A DNA stretch of 25,779 nucleotides, taken from positions 1 to 25,779 of the IMG/VR virus record IMGVR_UViG_3300016474_000048; one strand, written 5' to 3'. Positions 1 to 8,946 of the stretch are shown one piece after another. Position 1 is the first letter of the stretch, and each line of letters begins with the position of its first letter. A program made the translations under genes and the position numbers. Under the pieces are notes generated by a model, which did no database searches, had not been told where the DNA came from, and was given only the letters and a program-made list of their open reading frames with translations. Source of the DNA: a virus. Its lineage: Duplodnaviria > Caudoviricetes.

Positions 1-2041
1 CGTTGCCGGTGTAGCTGCCGAACTTGGAGAAGCCTTCGATCTCGGACCAGAGGTAGGCGACTAGGGTATTTCCATTTGTGGTAAAGTTCGCAAAGCTTCC
101 AGTTGTGAACTGAGTTGATGTTGGCTCTGTATTGTTCCAAGCGCCGACCTGCGTTTGCGCGGCAGCCGTTTCATCTAGGCGAACATTCTTTGTTGCCCCC
201 AGCGATGCGTGGTACGTGAACCAGTTGTCTGCACTTGGGCTACGCTGCTTGGTTATGATGAACTTAGGGACCGCGCCAAGAGAATGAGAGATGTTTCTTG
301 GAGAGGTTCCATCAGCCGTCCAAGTCACGATATCGAAGCCCGGCGTCGCGCCTTTCTTCCAAGCCCAGTCCACATAAGTGGCGGTGTTGGTGTTGAGCTG
401 GGCCAGAGTGCCGACCGTGTAGCCGTTGCTGCTGAAGGCCGTGAGGCCGGTGGTCTCTGTCGTCTCAGCGGTGGTGGTGTTGCTTTCAAGCTGCTTCTGG
501 ACGCCACGCACCGCATCATAGAGGCCGTGGTCCGTAGCCGCGCTGCGGCTCTTGATCCACACCAAATCCGGCGCAAAGGAAAGAGAGGACACCGAAGCCG
601 TCGCACCCGTGCCGGTACGCAGCGTCGCGTCCATGTAGAGCGAACCCTTCTTGATGGAGGGCGTCGCCAAGTTGGCGGTGTTCAAAGCCTTGAAGCCGGT
701 GGGCGCGGTATAGGCAAAAGACCGCTGCCCAAAATTGACATCGAACCCATTGTTGCTTGTGCCGTAAGCATCAAGAGTTGGCGTCATCGAACCAGAAGAA
801 ATTGTGCCGCTCTCGTTTGTTCCACCACTTGGATTCCCAGAATTGTTCCAAGTGCCATTCTTGCCAAACCACACCTTCCGCGTGTCTGCGTCATAAGCCA
901 TCATCAGAACATCGTTGGTGGCTGGAGCAGCAAGAGTATTTGTGACAGAACTACCGTTTACAAGTATGCGGTTGTCGGATGAACTATCCCAAGTCCAACC
1001 GGCTCCCGGGTTGGAGGAAGACGAATACACTCCTCCGGCGACGTTAAAGTCGTCCTTGGTCAAAGAGAACCCACGATTGTGGACTCCACTTGCACTATTT
1101 ACAGTAGCCTCCCAGTACCACTTTCCAGAAGAAAGTGTGAACGTCGAACGAACGATATTTGGGTAGGCATTGCCAACGCTCATGGACAAGTTGGCGTTTG
1201 ACAGGGTCACCTGATACTTTTGAAGCGGATTGAGGACGCAATAGTTCAGCGTCGGCGTGTCGAGCATCTGGTCGAACGTCACGCCGCTCGTCACCGAGAT
1301 GCCGCTGGGCGTGAAGTTGTTTCCGTTGCCCGAGCTGTCCTTGCCGATGGCGGCGGCGGTGGCGGCAGAGGCGTCCGCGAACTTCAGATAGAAGCCGTTG
1401 GTGCCGTAGGTGCCGCTGTACTTCTTCGGAACCCACACGCCGGTGGCGCTGTCGGTCTGGCCGAAGGAGGAAGGCGTCAGGGCTTGGCCGTCGATGAAGT
1501 TCTCTTCGGCTGCATACATGTCGCCGTAGATTGCGGAGTAATCTAGGCGGCGAAGGTAATGGGTGCGAGCGTTGACGTTCCATTGACAGGCAGTAGACGC
1601 GCCGAATGGACCTGTCGTGTACGAAACAGTCTGCCTCGAATTGTTGATGTATATCTGCACACGATCCGTGGATGTCGCGTTCGCAGAGTCGTATACGATG
1701 ACGATATGATACCACGCGCTTGGGTCTCGAAAGACCGCCGACGTAGTCATCTGCAAATTGTACGCGCCGCCAGAAATCTGTGCGATCTGGATCAGATCGC
1801 CAGCGGTGAACTGCACAGAGAAGAAATTGTTGCTGCTTCCGTCTCCGCCATTGAAGACAAGCTGAGTGCCGAGAGCGCCTCGCTTAATCCACCCGCTCCA
1901 AGTCCATTTGATATTGCTGGTCGGCGTCCCAAAAGAGCGCGACATGTACGCGCTATTGGCGGCGCGGAAGCGCAGCGAGTAGGGGACGCTATAGCCGCTC
2001 TGGGAGAGCAGCAGAGCGTTCGCGGAGCCGGGGACGATCAT
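1..2041 (-). CDS. Tail fibre / receptor-binding protein with LamG (ConA-like) and SPRY-like domains; 3' end lies outside the window
   Basis: Absent from the ORF track because it has no stop in the window. ATG at 2041, 4 nt after the upstream stop. Manual translation gives MIVPGSANALLLSQSGYSVPYSLRF...KWTWSGWIKRG...FRDPSAWYHIVIVYD (LamG-like), SGKWYWE...VNFGQRSFAYTAPTGFKAL (SPRY-like), and ends in frame at GFSKFGSYTGN. Confidence 0.85.
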   Translation of the reverse strand, partial: MIVPGSANALLLSQSGYSVPYSLRFRAANSAYMSRSFGTPTSNIKWTWSGWIKRGALGTQLVFNGGDGSSNNFFSVQFTAGDLIQIAQISGGAYNLQMTTSAVFRDPSAWYHIVIVYDSANATSTDRVQIYINNSRQTVSYTTGPFGASTACQWNVNARTHYLRRLDYSAIYGDMYAAEENFIDGQALTPSSFGQTDSATGVWVPKKYSGTYGTNGFYLKFADASAATAAAIGKDSSGNGNNFTPSGISVTSGVTFDQMLDTPTLNYCVLNPLQKYQVTLSNANLSMSVGNAYPNIVRSTFTLSSGKWYWEATVNSASGVHNRGFSLTKDDFNVAGGVYSSSSNPGAGWTWDSSSDNRILVNGSSVTNTLAAPATNDVLMMAYDADTRKVWFGKNGTWNNSGNPSGGTNESGTISSGSMTPTLDAYGTSNNGFDVNFGQRSFAYTAPTGFKALNTANLATPSIKKGSLYMDATLRTGTGATASVSSLSFAPDLVWIKSRSAATDHGLYDAVRGVQKQLESNTTTAETTETTGLTAFSSNGYTVGTLAQLNTNTATYVDWAWKKGATPGFDIVTWTADGTSPRNISHSLGAVPKFIITKQRSPSADNWFTYHASLGATKNVRLDETAAAQTQVGAWNNTEPTSTQFTTGSFANFTTNGNTLVAYLWSEIEGFSKFGSYTGN

Positions 2042-2045
2042 GGCG

Positions 2046-4358
2046 TCACTTCACATCGTTGATGAGCGTGGCGGTGATGCGGCTCGCGCTCTCGACGTAG
2101 TAGAGCAGCACGTCCACCGCATTCGCGGTTGTCGTCAAGGTCGGCGCGGAGCCTCCGGCGAACTTCCAGTTCGAGCCGTAGGCCAGCGTGCGCGAGCCGG
2201 TTGCGTCCTGCGTGATCACGATGGCACCGCTCTGCCCGGCAGTCTGGTTGGTCGGGTTCGCCAGCGTGCGGTTGCCGCCGATGGTCAGGGAGAAGTTATT
2301 CGCCGCCGCGAAGTCCGGCGTGATCGTCGCGGCATCCGTGAGGGCGGTGATGGAACCGCGCTGCGCGACGGAGAACGACTGCACGGCGTTCAGCACCGCG
2401 ACGGTGCCGCTGGCGTTCGGCAGCGTGAACGTCTTGAGCGAAGTCGCCGGGCCGGTGAACTCCATGAAGCCGTTGTTCGTGCCGCCGTTCGCCCCCGGCA
2501 GGATGCCCGACACGTCGGTCGCCAGCGCCACTTGCGCGAAGGACACCGTTGTCCCGTCAGAACGAAGAACGCGGTTCGCTGCACCCGCAACGATAGACGG
2601 CACGCCCGTGCTGCTTGTGACGAGAGCGCCGGTGTTCGCCGTGGCGAGGCCCGCGACCGTGTTGTTGGCCGACGAATAGAGGAGCTGATTGATCGTCGTC
2701 GTGTCGGGGTAGGTTGCCGTCGAGGCGACGAAGTTTGTGCCGTTCGAGCGCAGCACGCCGCCAGCGGTGCCCGCCGTCGAGGGAAAGGTCGCAGTTGACC
2801 ACGACGGCGCGCCCGACGCGCCTGAGCGCAGCATCTGCCCGGCGGTGGCCGTCCCGGCCAGCACCGCAAGCTCGCTCGCCGTTGAGTAGACGACGCCGCC
2901 GTTCGACGCCGTCAGGGCGGCGTTCGTGCCGCCGTTGGCGAGCGGCAGGATGCCGGTCACCCCGGTCGTCAGCGGCAAGCCGGTCACGTTGGTCATCGTG
3001 CCGCTGGCGGGCGTGCCGAGAGCAGGCGTCGTCAGCGTCGCGCTGGCGAAGGTGCCGCCGGTGACCGTCTTGCCGGTGAACGTGAGCGCGGCGGGCAGAG
3101 ACAGCGTGACGCTGGTCGTGCCAGTTGCGGTGAGCTCGTTGGCGGTCCCGGCGACCGATGCGACGCCGCCAATGGACGCGGGCGTGATCGCTGCCGTCGT
3201 CACCGCCGTGAGCTGGCCCTGCGCGTTGTAGGTGATGACCGGGACGACGGATCCACTGCCGGTGGGGCCGCCAGCCGCAATCGTCGATGCGAGGGATAGC
3301 GTCACGTCGGAGGTGAGCGCGCCGCCGCCGGACAGGCCTGTGCCAGCGATGACCTGACGCGAGGTCGAGACGCCATCGGTGATGCCGTAACCAGAGAGCG
3401 TCGTGGGCGTCGCGGTGATCGACGCGAAGGCTGGCGTGATCGTGACGGTCGCCGCAGCGGTGAGGCGACCCTGTGCATCCACGGTGAAGGTCGGAGCTGC
3501 CGTCGCGCTCCCGTAAGAGCCTGCGGAGACAGCGGTGTTGGCAAGCGAGATTGTGCCGGTGCTCGTGATCGGGCCGCCGGTGAGGCCGGTTCCGGTCGCG
3601 ACGCTCGTCACGCCAGTGCCAGCCGCAAAGGTCTCCCACGAGCCGTTCTTGTAGCCCTCGAACACGCCCAGATCGGTGTTGTAGCGGATCATGCCGTTCG
3701 ACGGAGCGCCGGGGCGCTGCGCGGTCGTTCCGCTTGGCACGACGACCGACTCGGCCCCGGGGAGCACGGGGTTGTTGGTGATCGCGAAGGTGGGGTCGCC
3801 GGAGACGCCGGTCGCGTTGGTGATCGTGATCTGGTTCGACGTGCCGGTGAGTGTCCGCAGGGTGTAGTTGCCAGCCGATGTCGCCATCACCGAGCCGGTG
3901 CCTGCGAGGTTCTGGAGGCTCGCGAGCGCACCGGCCGCAGAGATTGTCGGGTTGCCCGAGACACCGTCGCCGTCGCTGACGGAGATGCCGCTGGACCCTG
4001 ACGCGATGGTGCGGGCCGCTGCGCTCGACGAGCCGGTCACCGCGACGATGCCGGTGAGCGTGATGTCCCTGAACCGGGCCAGCTCGCCCTGAACGCCGAC
4101 AGTGACCGTGCTGCCAGCGCCGCCATCGACGAGCGACAGGCCGCTGCCGACCGCGAGCGTGCGCTCGTTGGGCAGAGACGCTTCGGAGTTCACTACGACG
4201 AAGCTCTGCGTCTGCGAAGGCGACGCGGCAAGATCCGCAGCCGTCGCGCGCTTCGTCACGCCGTTCTGCACGACCGGCACCAGCTCGGTGCCAGTGATCG
4301 TGCCAGCGGCCGGTAGTTCGGAGATGCGGGTCGGGACGAGATTGGACGGTACGGTCAT
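2046..4358 (-). CDS. Tail fibre shaft protein, 770 aa, Gly/Thr/Ala/Ser-rich
   Basis: Typical fibre motifs (VPSGTTAQRP..GMIRYNT..FEGY; TVDAQGRLTAA / TYNAQGQLTAV; ILPxANGGTN twice) and a C-terminal ITQDATGSRTL...APTLTTTANAVDVL domain. ATGA overlap with the upstream gene. Confidence 0.85.
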   Translation of the reverse strand: MTVPSNLVPTRISELPAAGTITGTELVPVVQNGVTKRATAADLAASPSQTQSFVVVNSEASLPNERTLAVGSGLSLVDGGAGSTVTVGVQGELARFRDITLTGIVAVTGSSSAAARTIASGSSGISVSDGDGVSGNPTISAAGALASLQNLAGTGSVMATSAGNYTLRTLTGTSNQITITNATGVSGDPTFAITNNPVLPGAESVVVPSGTTAQRPGAPSNGMIRYNTDLGVFEGYKNGSWETFAAGTGVTSVATGTGLTGGPITSTGTISLANTAVSAGSYGSATAAPTFTVDAQGRLTAAATVTITPAFASITATPTTLSGYGITDGVSTSRQVIAGTGLSGGGALTSDVTLSLASTIAAGGPTGSGSVVPVITYNAQGQLTAVTTAAITPASIGGVASVAGTANELTATGTTSVTLSLPAALTFTGKTVTGGTFASATLTTPALGTPASGTMTNVTGLPLTTGVTGILPLANGGTNAALTASNGGVVYSTASELAVLAGTATAGQMLRSGASGAPSWSTATFPSTAGTAGGVLRSNGTNFVASTATYPDTTTINQLLYSSANNTVAGLATANTGALVTSSTGVPSIVAGAANRVLRSDGTTVSFAQVALATDVSGILPGANGGTNNGFMEFTGPATSLKTFTLPNASGTVAVLNAVQSFSVAQRGSITALTDAATITPDFAAANNFSLTIGGNRTLANPTNQTAGQSGAIVITQDATGSRTLAYGSNWKFAGGSAPTLTTTANAVDVLLYYVESASRITATLINDVK

Positions 4359-4657
4359 GGCGTGAGATAGCCCTCGCCGTCTTGCGTGGTCAGGAAGTCG
4401 TTGTCGTCCTGCGAGACAATGCCGTTGGGATCGGTGGCGATGTCGGCGTCCGGCCGCACGAACGGCAGCACGATGTTCTCGGTCTGGCGCGCCGGGAGAC
4501 GATACGGATCGAAGTCGTCGCGGTCGGCCGCGCAGACCTTGAGATCCGGCACGTTCGGATCATCGAACAGCTCGTGCAGAGGCATCTTGCGCGAGCAGCG
4601 TCCGCAGATGCCGATGCCGAGCGTGGGGTTGCCGCGCGTGTCGAGGAAGATCGCCAT
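4355..4657 (-). CDS. Small virion-module protein with CxxC...C motif, 100 aa
   Basis: Start reassigned to MAIFLDTRG at 4657, 2 nt after the upstream stop. Contains ICGRCSRK...LKVC...D..DP. Confidence 0.75.
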   Translation of the reverse strand: MAIFLDTRGNPTLGIGICGRCSRKMPLHELFDDPNVPDLKVCAADRDDFDPYRLPARQTENIVLPFVRPDADIATDPNGIVSQDDNDFLTTQDGEGYLTP

Positions 4658-4659
4658 CG

Positions 4660-5715
4660 TCAGCTCGTGTAAACGCTGATGTTCGGTGCCCAGCGGATCG
4701 GGCTGTTGTCGCGCTCCTCGTCCTCGGCCTCGCGCAGACGCCGGTCGGCGAGCGCGGTGAGGTTGATCATGCGCTCGTCCGGCACCTCGGGAAGCATCGC
4801 CGCGAGCCGAGAGGCGAGCTGGAGAACGACTGCCTCGTACCAGCGCTGCGGGATATCCAGCGTCTGCGGGAGCGTGCCCACGTCCATGATGTAGCGCTTG
4901 CGCCACATCTCGATCTGGCCGTAGCGGTTGCCGAGGTCGGTGACCGGCCAGATGTTGAAGATCGGCGCGTCGCGCTGGCGGTCGAACCAGTACTGGAGCG
5001 GCTTGCCACCGAAGGATCGGTTGGTGAAGGCCGTGTAGTCGTCGCGATTGAGCCGCGACATCGGGACCGCCTGCGGCGTGTTGCCGATGAAGATCTCACG
5101 CGCGCTGATCGTGCCGCTGGTGGCGCGCACGCGGAAATATCGAGCGGCGACGGACGTGTCGAGGTCGAACCATTCCCACACGTTGTCGGTGAAGGCCTGC
5201 GCCGCGACCGTCGTCACCGTCGTCCACGTCGTCGCGTCGTCGCTGCGCTCGAACGCGAGGCCCAGCGTGCTGCTTGACCCCGGGAGGTAGCCGACCGTCG
5301 TCACTGCGGTCTCGGTTGTCCAATCGGCAACCACCGAGCCAGCAGAAGAGGATTGCGTCAGGATCGTGTCGAAGTCGTCGTCGAAGGCGCTCGTGACAGT
5401 GCCGCCAGCCGTCGATGAGTACGCGCCGGAGAGGCGCGTCAGGAGCCTGAAGTTGGCGTTGAGCACGTCCACCGTGCCCGTGAGCGCAGAGATCTGCGCC
5501 CTGCCCTCGTAGACCGGCACGAGCTTGCGCTCGACGCACCAGAGCTGGATGCCACGGTTCGCGAGGCCGGAGAGCAGGAGCCAGAGCTGATCGCGCGCGA
5601 CTTCAAGCTGTTCCGCAGCGAACTGCTGCGGCGTCAGCTTGCAGTAGCGCACCGCATGGTCGATGACCTTGCGGGTCTGGAACGTGGTCTGCGAGATCGT
5701 GCCGGAAACGGCCAT
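4660..5715 (-). CDS. Putative head-tail adaptor / tail tubular protein A-like, with inserted discoidin-like beta domain, 351 aa
   Basis: MAVSGT...LANRGIQLW N-terminus and GKPLQYW...IWP...DIPQRWYEAV C-terminus resemble podoviral adaptors. The middle has AFDDD..T...SDDATTWTTV...ARYFRV. Position between head and fibre genes. Confidence 0.6.
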   Translation of the reverse strand: MAVSGTISQTTFQTRKVIDHAVRYCKLTPQQFAAEQLEVARDQLWLLLSGLANRGIQLWCVERKLVPVYEGRAQISALTGTVDVLNANFRLLTRLSGAYSSTAGGTVTSAFDDDFDTILTQSSSAGSVVADWTTETAVTTVGYLPGSSSTLGLAFERSDDATTWTTVTTVAAQAFTDNVWEWFDLDTSVAARYFRVRATSGTISAREIFIGNTPQAVPMSRLNRDDYTAFTNRSFGGKPLQYWFDRQRDAPIFNIWPVTDLGNRYGQIEMWRKRYIMDVGTLPQTLDIPQRWYEAVVLQLASRLAAMLPEVPDERMINLTALADRRLREAEDEERDNSPIRWAPNISVYTS

Positions 5716-5722
5716 GAGGGGG

Positions 5723-5917
5723 TCACCACTTGCAGGACGGCTTGCTCACCGCACCACCCGTGGCCCGCCGCTGCGGCAGCCCCTTGGTTCCACGCATTCT
5801 ATCCGCCTTCTCGAAGTCCCGTCCAACGGATTGCGGGATCCCCGCCTTCTTCGCGAAGGCGGGGTCGTGCGCGACAGCCCGCATCAGGCGGGCCTGAGCC
5901 TTGGACCGGCTCGGCAT
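5723..5917 (-). CDS. Small basic phage protein, 64 aa (MPSRSKAQARLMRAVAH...)
   Basis: TGATG overlap with the upstream stop at 5917. Contains RATGGAV. Confidence 0.8.
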   Translation of the reverse strand: MPSRSKAQARLMRAVAHDPAFAKKAGIPQSVGRDFEKADRMRGTKGLPQRRATGGAVSKPSCKW

Positions 5918-6393
5918 CAGCACTTCCCGCCGCCGTACATCGGCTTCCCGCGATGCGACGGGACGCCGCCCCGGGCGAGCTTGGTCATCGGCTTGCCGGG
6001 GTGCATGGCAGCCTCATGCTTGTGGACGGCCCGCTTCACGAGCGCCTTGTCCTGCGCGAGGTCGGCCTTGCCGCCGTCCTTCATGCCGCCGGGGATCCGC
6101 GCCCGCGCCATCAGGTCAGGCATCCCCTTCGGCTTGCGACCGCCGGAGGGAGCAGCCGCCCGGGGTGGCTTCGCGGCGGCTGGCATCGGCGGCATGGGAG
6201 CCGGAGCGGGCGGCGGCGTGTAGCCGATGCCGTCCATGCTCTTCGCCGCGCTCAGGCCGCCCTTGGCCGCCTTCTTGACCCGGCCGCCGCCAGCGTAGAA
6301 CTGGACGAGCTTGCGGCCTTCGGGAGCGGAGCTGTCCTTGAAGCCGAAGTCGCTCGGGAACTTGAACTCGCCGTAGCGAAGCGTCTTGCCCAT
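5917..6393 (-). CDS. Basic, low-complexity protein with multiple xxxGG motifs, 158 aa
   Basis: ATG at 6393. Contains YAGGGRV, AAKGGL, MKDGGKA, LARGGV, MYGGGKC and a central Pro-rich tract. Confidence 0.8.
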   Translation of the reverse strand: MGKTLRYGEFKFPSDFGFKDSSAPEGRKLVQFYAGGGRVKKAAKGGLSAAKSMDGIGYTPPPAPAPMPPMPAAAKPPRAAAPSGGRKPKGMPDLMARARIPGGMKDGGKADLAQDKALVKRAVHKHEAAMHPGKPMTKLARGGVPSHRGKPMYGGGKC

Positions 6394-6395
6394 CG

Positions 6396-6551
6396 TTACC
6401 ACCCCTTCTTCATCGCCGAATAGGCGGATTTCGAGATCGTGGACTTGCTCTTCGGCCTGCTGTCGCCTTGGAGCTTCTGGATGTTGATGTTACGCACGAG
6501 CGACGGCTTCTGCGCCTTGAGCGCGCGGAGCTTCTCTGCCTTGGTCTTCAT
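6396..6551 (-). CDS. Small basic protein, 51 aa (MKTKAEKLRALKAQKPSLVRNINIQKLQGDSRPKSKSTISKSAYSAMKKGW)
   Basis: Manual translation, below the ORF-track cut-off. Fills the gap between neighbours with 1-2 nt spacing and has GC3-rich codons. Confidence 0.75.
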   Translation of the reverse strand: MKTKAEKLRALKAQKPSLVRNINIQKLQGDSRPKSKSTISKSAYSAMKKGW

Positions 6552-6552
6552 G

Positions 6553-6813
6553 TCAGCAGTTCCACGCACGCAGCGACTTGTTGATGCGCGAGTTCGGATC
6601 GCGCGCCGTCTTCTCGCTCGTGAGTTTCGCCTTCATGCCGCTCATGCGCGCGCAGAAGCTCGCGCGACGACCGGCATCCTTCTCCGTCTTTGGGTGCGGA
6701 GCTGGCGGCTTCAGGTTCATGCCCTGAGCGCGCGCGGACGCGCGGCCCTTCGCGTTCAGACCGCCCTTCGGGTTCTTGCCCTCGGAGCGCTGCCATGCCG
6801 GTGTCTTCGCCAT
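6553..6813 (-). CDS. Small basic conserved phage protein, 86 aa (DUF6321-like)
   Basis: MAKTPAWQRSEGKNPKGGLNAKGRAS...RRASFCARM...SRINKSLRAWNC. GGAG precedes the ATG at 6813. Family name is from memory. Confidence 0.8.
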   Translation of the reverse strand: MAKTPAWQRSEGKNPKGGLNAKGRASARAQGMNLKPPAPHPKTEKDAGRRASFCARMSGMKAKLTSEKTARDPNSRINKSLRAWNC

Positions 6814-6824
6814 GATCGTCTCCG

Positions 6825-7166
6825 TCAGGATGCGCCGGGCATACCGGCCTGCACGACGGTCATCGCGGCGTTGCCGCTGGTGAACGAGGTGCAGTTGAGG
6901 CGCACGGCACGCACGGGCGTTGTGATGCTTCCGTAGGTCGTCGCGGTGATGGACGCGAGCGGAGCCGCTGCGTCGAACCACGTCGCATTGGTGTTGTAAT
7001 CGGTCGCATAGGCAGCGAACGGATCGTCGAGGCTGTACTGCACCTTCGTCGTGTTGGTGTTGGTGACCACCACCGAGATCCCGAGATTGATCGGGGCGAG
7101 GTACTGGTCGATGACGACGGGGGCCGAAACCCCCGCCGCCGCGAGCGTCACGGTAACCGGACGCAT
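6825..7166 (-). CDS. Small beta-rich structural protein, 113 aa
   Basis: Thr/Ala/Val-rich, ends PVRAVRLN...MTVVQAG, lies downstream of capsid genes. Confidence 0.75.
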   Translation of the reverse strand: MRPVTVTLAAAGVSAPVVIDQYLAPINLGISVVVTNTNTTKVQYSLDDPFAAYATDYNTNATWFDAAAPLASITATTYGSITTPVRAVRLNCTSFTSGNAAMTVVQAGMPGAS

Positions 7167-7182
7167 GGTCTGTTCCGCCCTA

Positions 7183-7917
7183 TCAGGCCTGCGTCACGCC
7201 GAAAGCCCCGACGCGCGTGGCGTTCGGGCCGCAGGCGAGAGCGGTGAGCGCGATGGACAGCACGAGACGGCGCGTGCCGTTGGCGGCATTGCCCGCCTGA
7301 GCGTAGACGCCGCGCACGTCGTTGGTCGTCGCCGTGGCCGGGCTGGTCGTGTCGGCGGCGGTGAACGTGCCCGCGTTGTCCGCGAGCGTCGCGTCCCACT
7401 TGGCCGAGATGACGTAGGCGGCGTCGGTGACGCGCACCGGGATGCCGTAGGCGTCGCGCGTGCCGACCGACAGGTTACCAGCGAGAGCGGCCGAGGCGGT
7501 CACGCCGGTGACGGTGTAGAAGGCCTTCGTGCCGTTCACGGCGGTCGTGCCGTTGAGCGTGCGCGTCTCGGTCATCGCCTGCCCGTACATGTCGGTGCCG
7601 GTGACGGTCACGGTCTGCGTCGTGTCGCCAGCGCTCGACGACGCGAAGCGCAGGCAGCGCCCGGTGCGGTCGAGCGTGACGGACGACGCGGTCATCGTCA
7701 CCGAACCGGCGGCGGCGACCGCCTGCGCGTTCACGATGGACGTGTTCGACGCGGTCGCGGGCACGAGGTCGAAGATGTAGACGCGGCCGAGAGGGCCGAC
7801 GCCGAGATCCATCGGAGACGGCTCCGAGTACGCGCTGCCATCGGGATTGATCTGGACCGGGCCAGCGCCGCCCGCGTAGGCGGTGCCGAGGAAGAGGTCG
7901 TCGCTGAACTGGGGCAT
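7183..7917 (-). CDS. Putative capsid decoration / minor structural protein, 244 aa
   Basis: Strong AAGGAG RBS, directly after the major capsid gene, Thr/Ala/Gly-rich beta composition (VTVTGTDMYGQAMTE...GTKAFYTVT). Confidence 0.7.
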   Translation of the reverse strand: MPQFSDDLFLGTAYAGGAGPVQINPDGSAYSEPSPMDLGVGPLGRVYIFDLVPATASNTSIVNAQAVAAAGSVTMTASSVTLDRTGRCLRFASSSAGDTTQTVTVTGTDMYGQAMTETRTLNGTTAVNGTKAFYTVTGVTASAALAGNLSVGTRDAYGIPVRVTDAAYVISAKWDATLADNAGTFTAADTTSPATATTNDVRGVYAQAGNAANGTRRLVLSIALTALACGPNATRVGAFGVTQA

Positions 7918-7945
7918 TGGGGCTTCTCCTTGAAGAGCTTGCCGG

Positions 7946-7962
7946 GTTGTCGAAGAGGTAAC
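7946..7962. promoter_or_regulatory. Palindromic site GTTGTC-N5-GGTAAC directly after the post-MCP hairpin
   Basis: Intergenic copy of the repeated motif. Confidence 0.55.
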
Positions 7963-7991
7963 CCCCGGCGCGCCATGAAACGCGCCGGGGG
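7962..7991 (-). terminator. GC-rich hairpin after the major capsid gene; weak terminator or mRNA-stabilising stem
   Basis: 11-bp perfect stem CCCCCGGCGCG / CGCGCCGGGGG with 8-nt loop, followed only by TTACCTCTT (poor U-tract). Confidence 0.6.
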
Positions 7992-8001
7992 CAGTCGAGG
8001 C

Positions 8002-8916
8002 TCAGAGACCGGCGGTGCCGTAGAGGCAGCGCGGATCCGTCCAGCCCACGTCGTAGCGCTCGGTGGCCTTGTAGCGCATGGAGTCGGTCTCGAAGTCGCC
8101 CTCCATGCTCTTCTCCATCGAGCGGCGCTTGAGAACCTTCAGGCCCTCGGGCGCATCGGTGTTGATCCACCACGCCGTGGTGGAGGTGATGCGCGAGAGG
8201 TTCTTCTGGCCCTCGGACAGCAGCCCCATCGAATTGACGGGGTTGATGTCGTTGTTCGCCGTGCCCGTGCGGAGGACGCTCTTGAGGAGCACTTCCGCCT
8301 GAAACACGTTCGAGGGAGAGACGACGAGCGACTTCGGCTGGAGCCGGATGCGCTTGCCGTTGTTGTCCACCGCATTGCGGATCTGGATGAGCATCTGCTC
8401 CAGCGAGGTCTGCGACAGGTTCGCTGCCGTGGAGAGCTGGTTGGAGAAGGTGCCGCTCGTGATCGGATGCGAGGTGTTGATCAGCGACACGCCGTCGCCG
8501 CCGACGTAGCTGCCGTTGAAGGCGCGGTTCAGGATGTTCGCGCAGACCGTCTCCTTCGTCTCGATCAGCGACTGCGCGAGGTGCTTCGCGTAGGTCTGGC
8601 CGATGCGGATGTGGTCACCGTCCTCGACGAGCACCTTGGTCAGTGCGAAGGCGAGGCCGTAGACCTTGTAGACGTAGCGCTTGATGAACAGCACGCCACC
8701 CGACTGGTAGGTGACCGCCGTGCCATCCGGCAGCTCCGGCGCAGCGCCGAAGCCGTAGAGCACCGGCTCCTCGTGGTACTGGCGCGGGGTGCCATTGCCC
8801 TCCTTGAACACGCCCTTCCACTCGTCGGCGCGCTGATCGTACACGCCGTCGAAGGACTGCGAGATGATCGGCTCGACGATGGAGCGGAAGTCGGTTGCCC
8901 TCATGGGGACTGCCAT
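8002..8916 (-). CDS. Major capsid protein, 304 aa
   Basis: AAGGAG RBS. Motifs GFGAAPELPDG.AVTY, GGDGVSL..TSHP, PKSLVV.P, EGDFETDSMRYKATERYDVGWTDPR typical of this HK97-fold MCP family. Synteny after the scaffold. Confidence 0.92.
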   Translation of the reverse strand: MAVPMRATDFRSIVEPIISQSFDGVYDQRADEWKGVFKEGNGTPRQYHEEPVLYGFGAAPELPDGTAVTYQSGGVLFIKRYVYKVYGLAFALTKVLVEDGDHIRIGQTYAKHLAQSLIETKETVCANILNRAFNGSYVGGDGVSLINTSHPITSGTFSNQLSTAANLSQTSLEQMLIQIRNAVDNNGKRIRLQPKSLVVSPSNVFQAEVLLKSVLRTGTANNDINPVNSMGLLSEGQKNLSRITSTTAWWINTDAPEGLKVLKRRSMEKSMEGDFETDSMRYKATERYDVGWTDPRCLYGTAGL

Positions 8917-8946
8917 TGGAGTTCTCCTTCTTTCCTATGGCTCGCC

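Noticed and set aside
209-2062. Plus-strand ORFs 209-982, 1220-1546, 1559-2062 and minus-strand 1095-1715
   Set aside because: All overlap the real minus-strand fibre gene (2041 to <1) that the track missed.
8894-8910. GTTGCC-ctcat-GGGGAC near the MCP start
   Set aside because: Two mismatches to the palindrome; plausible by chance.
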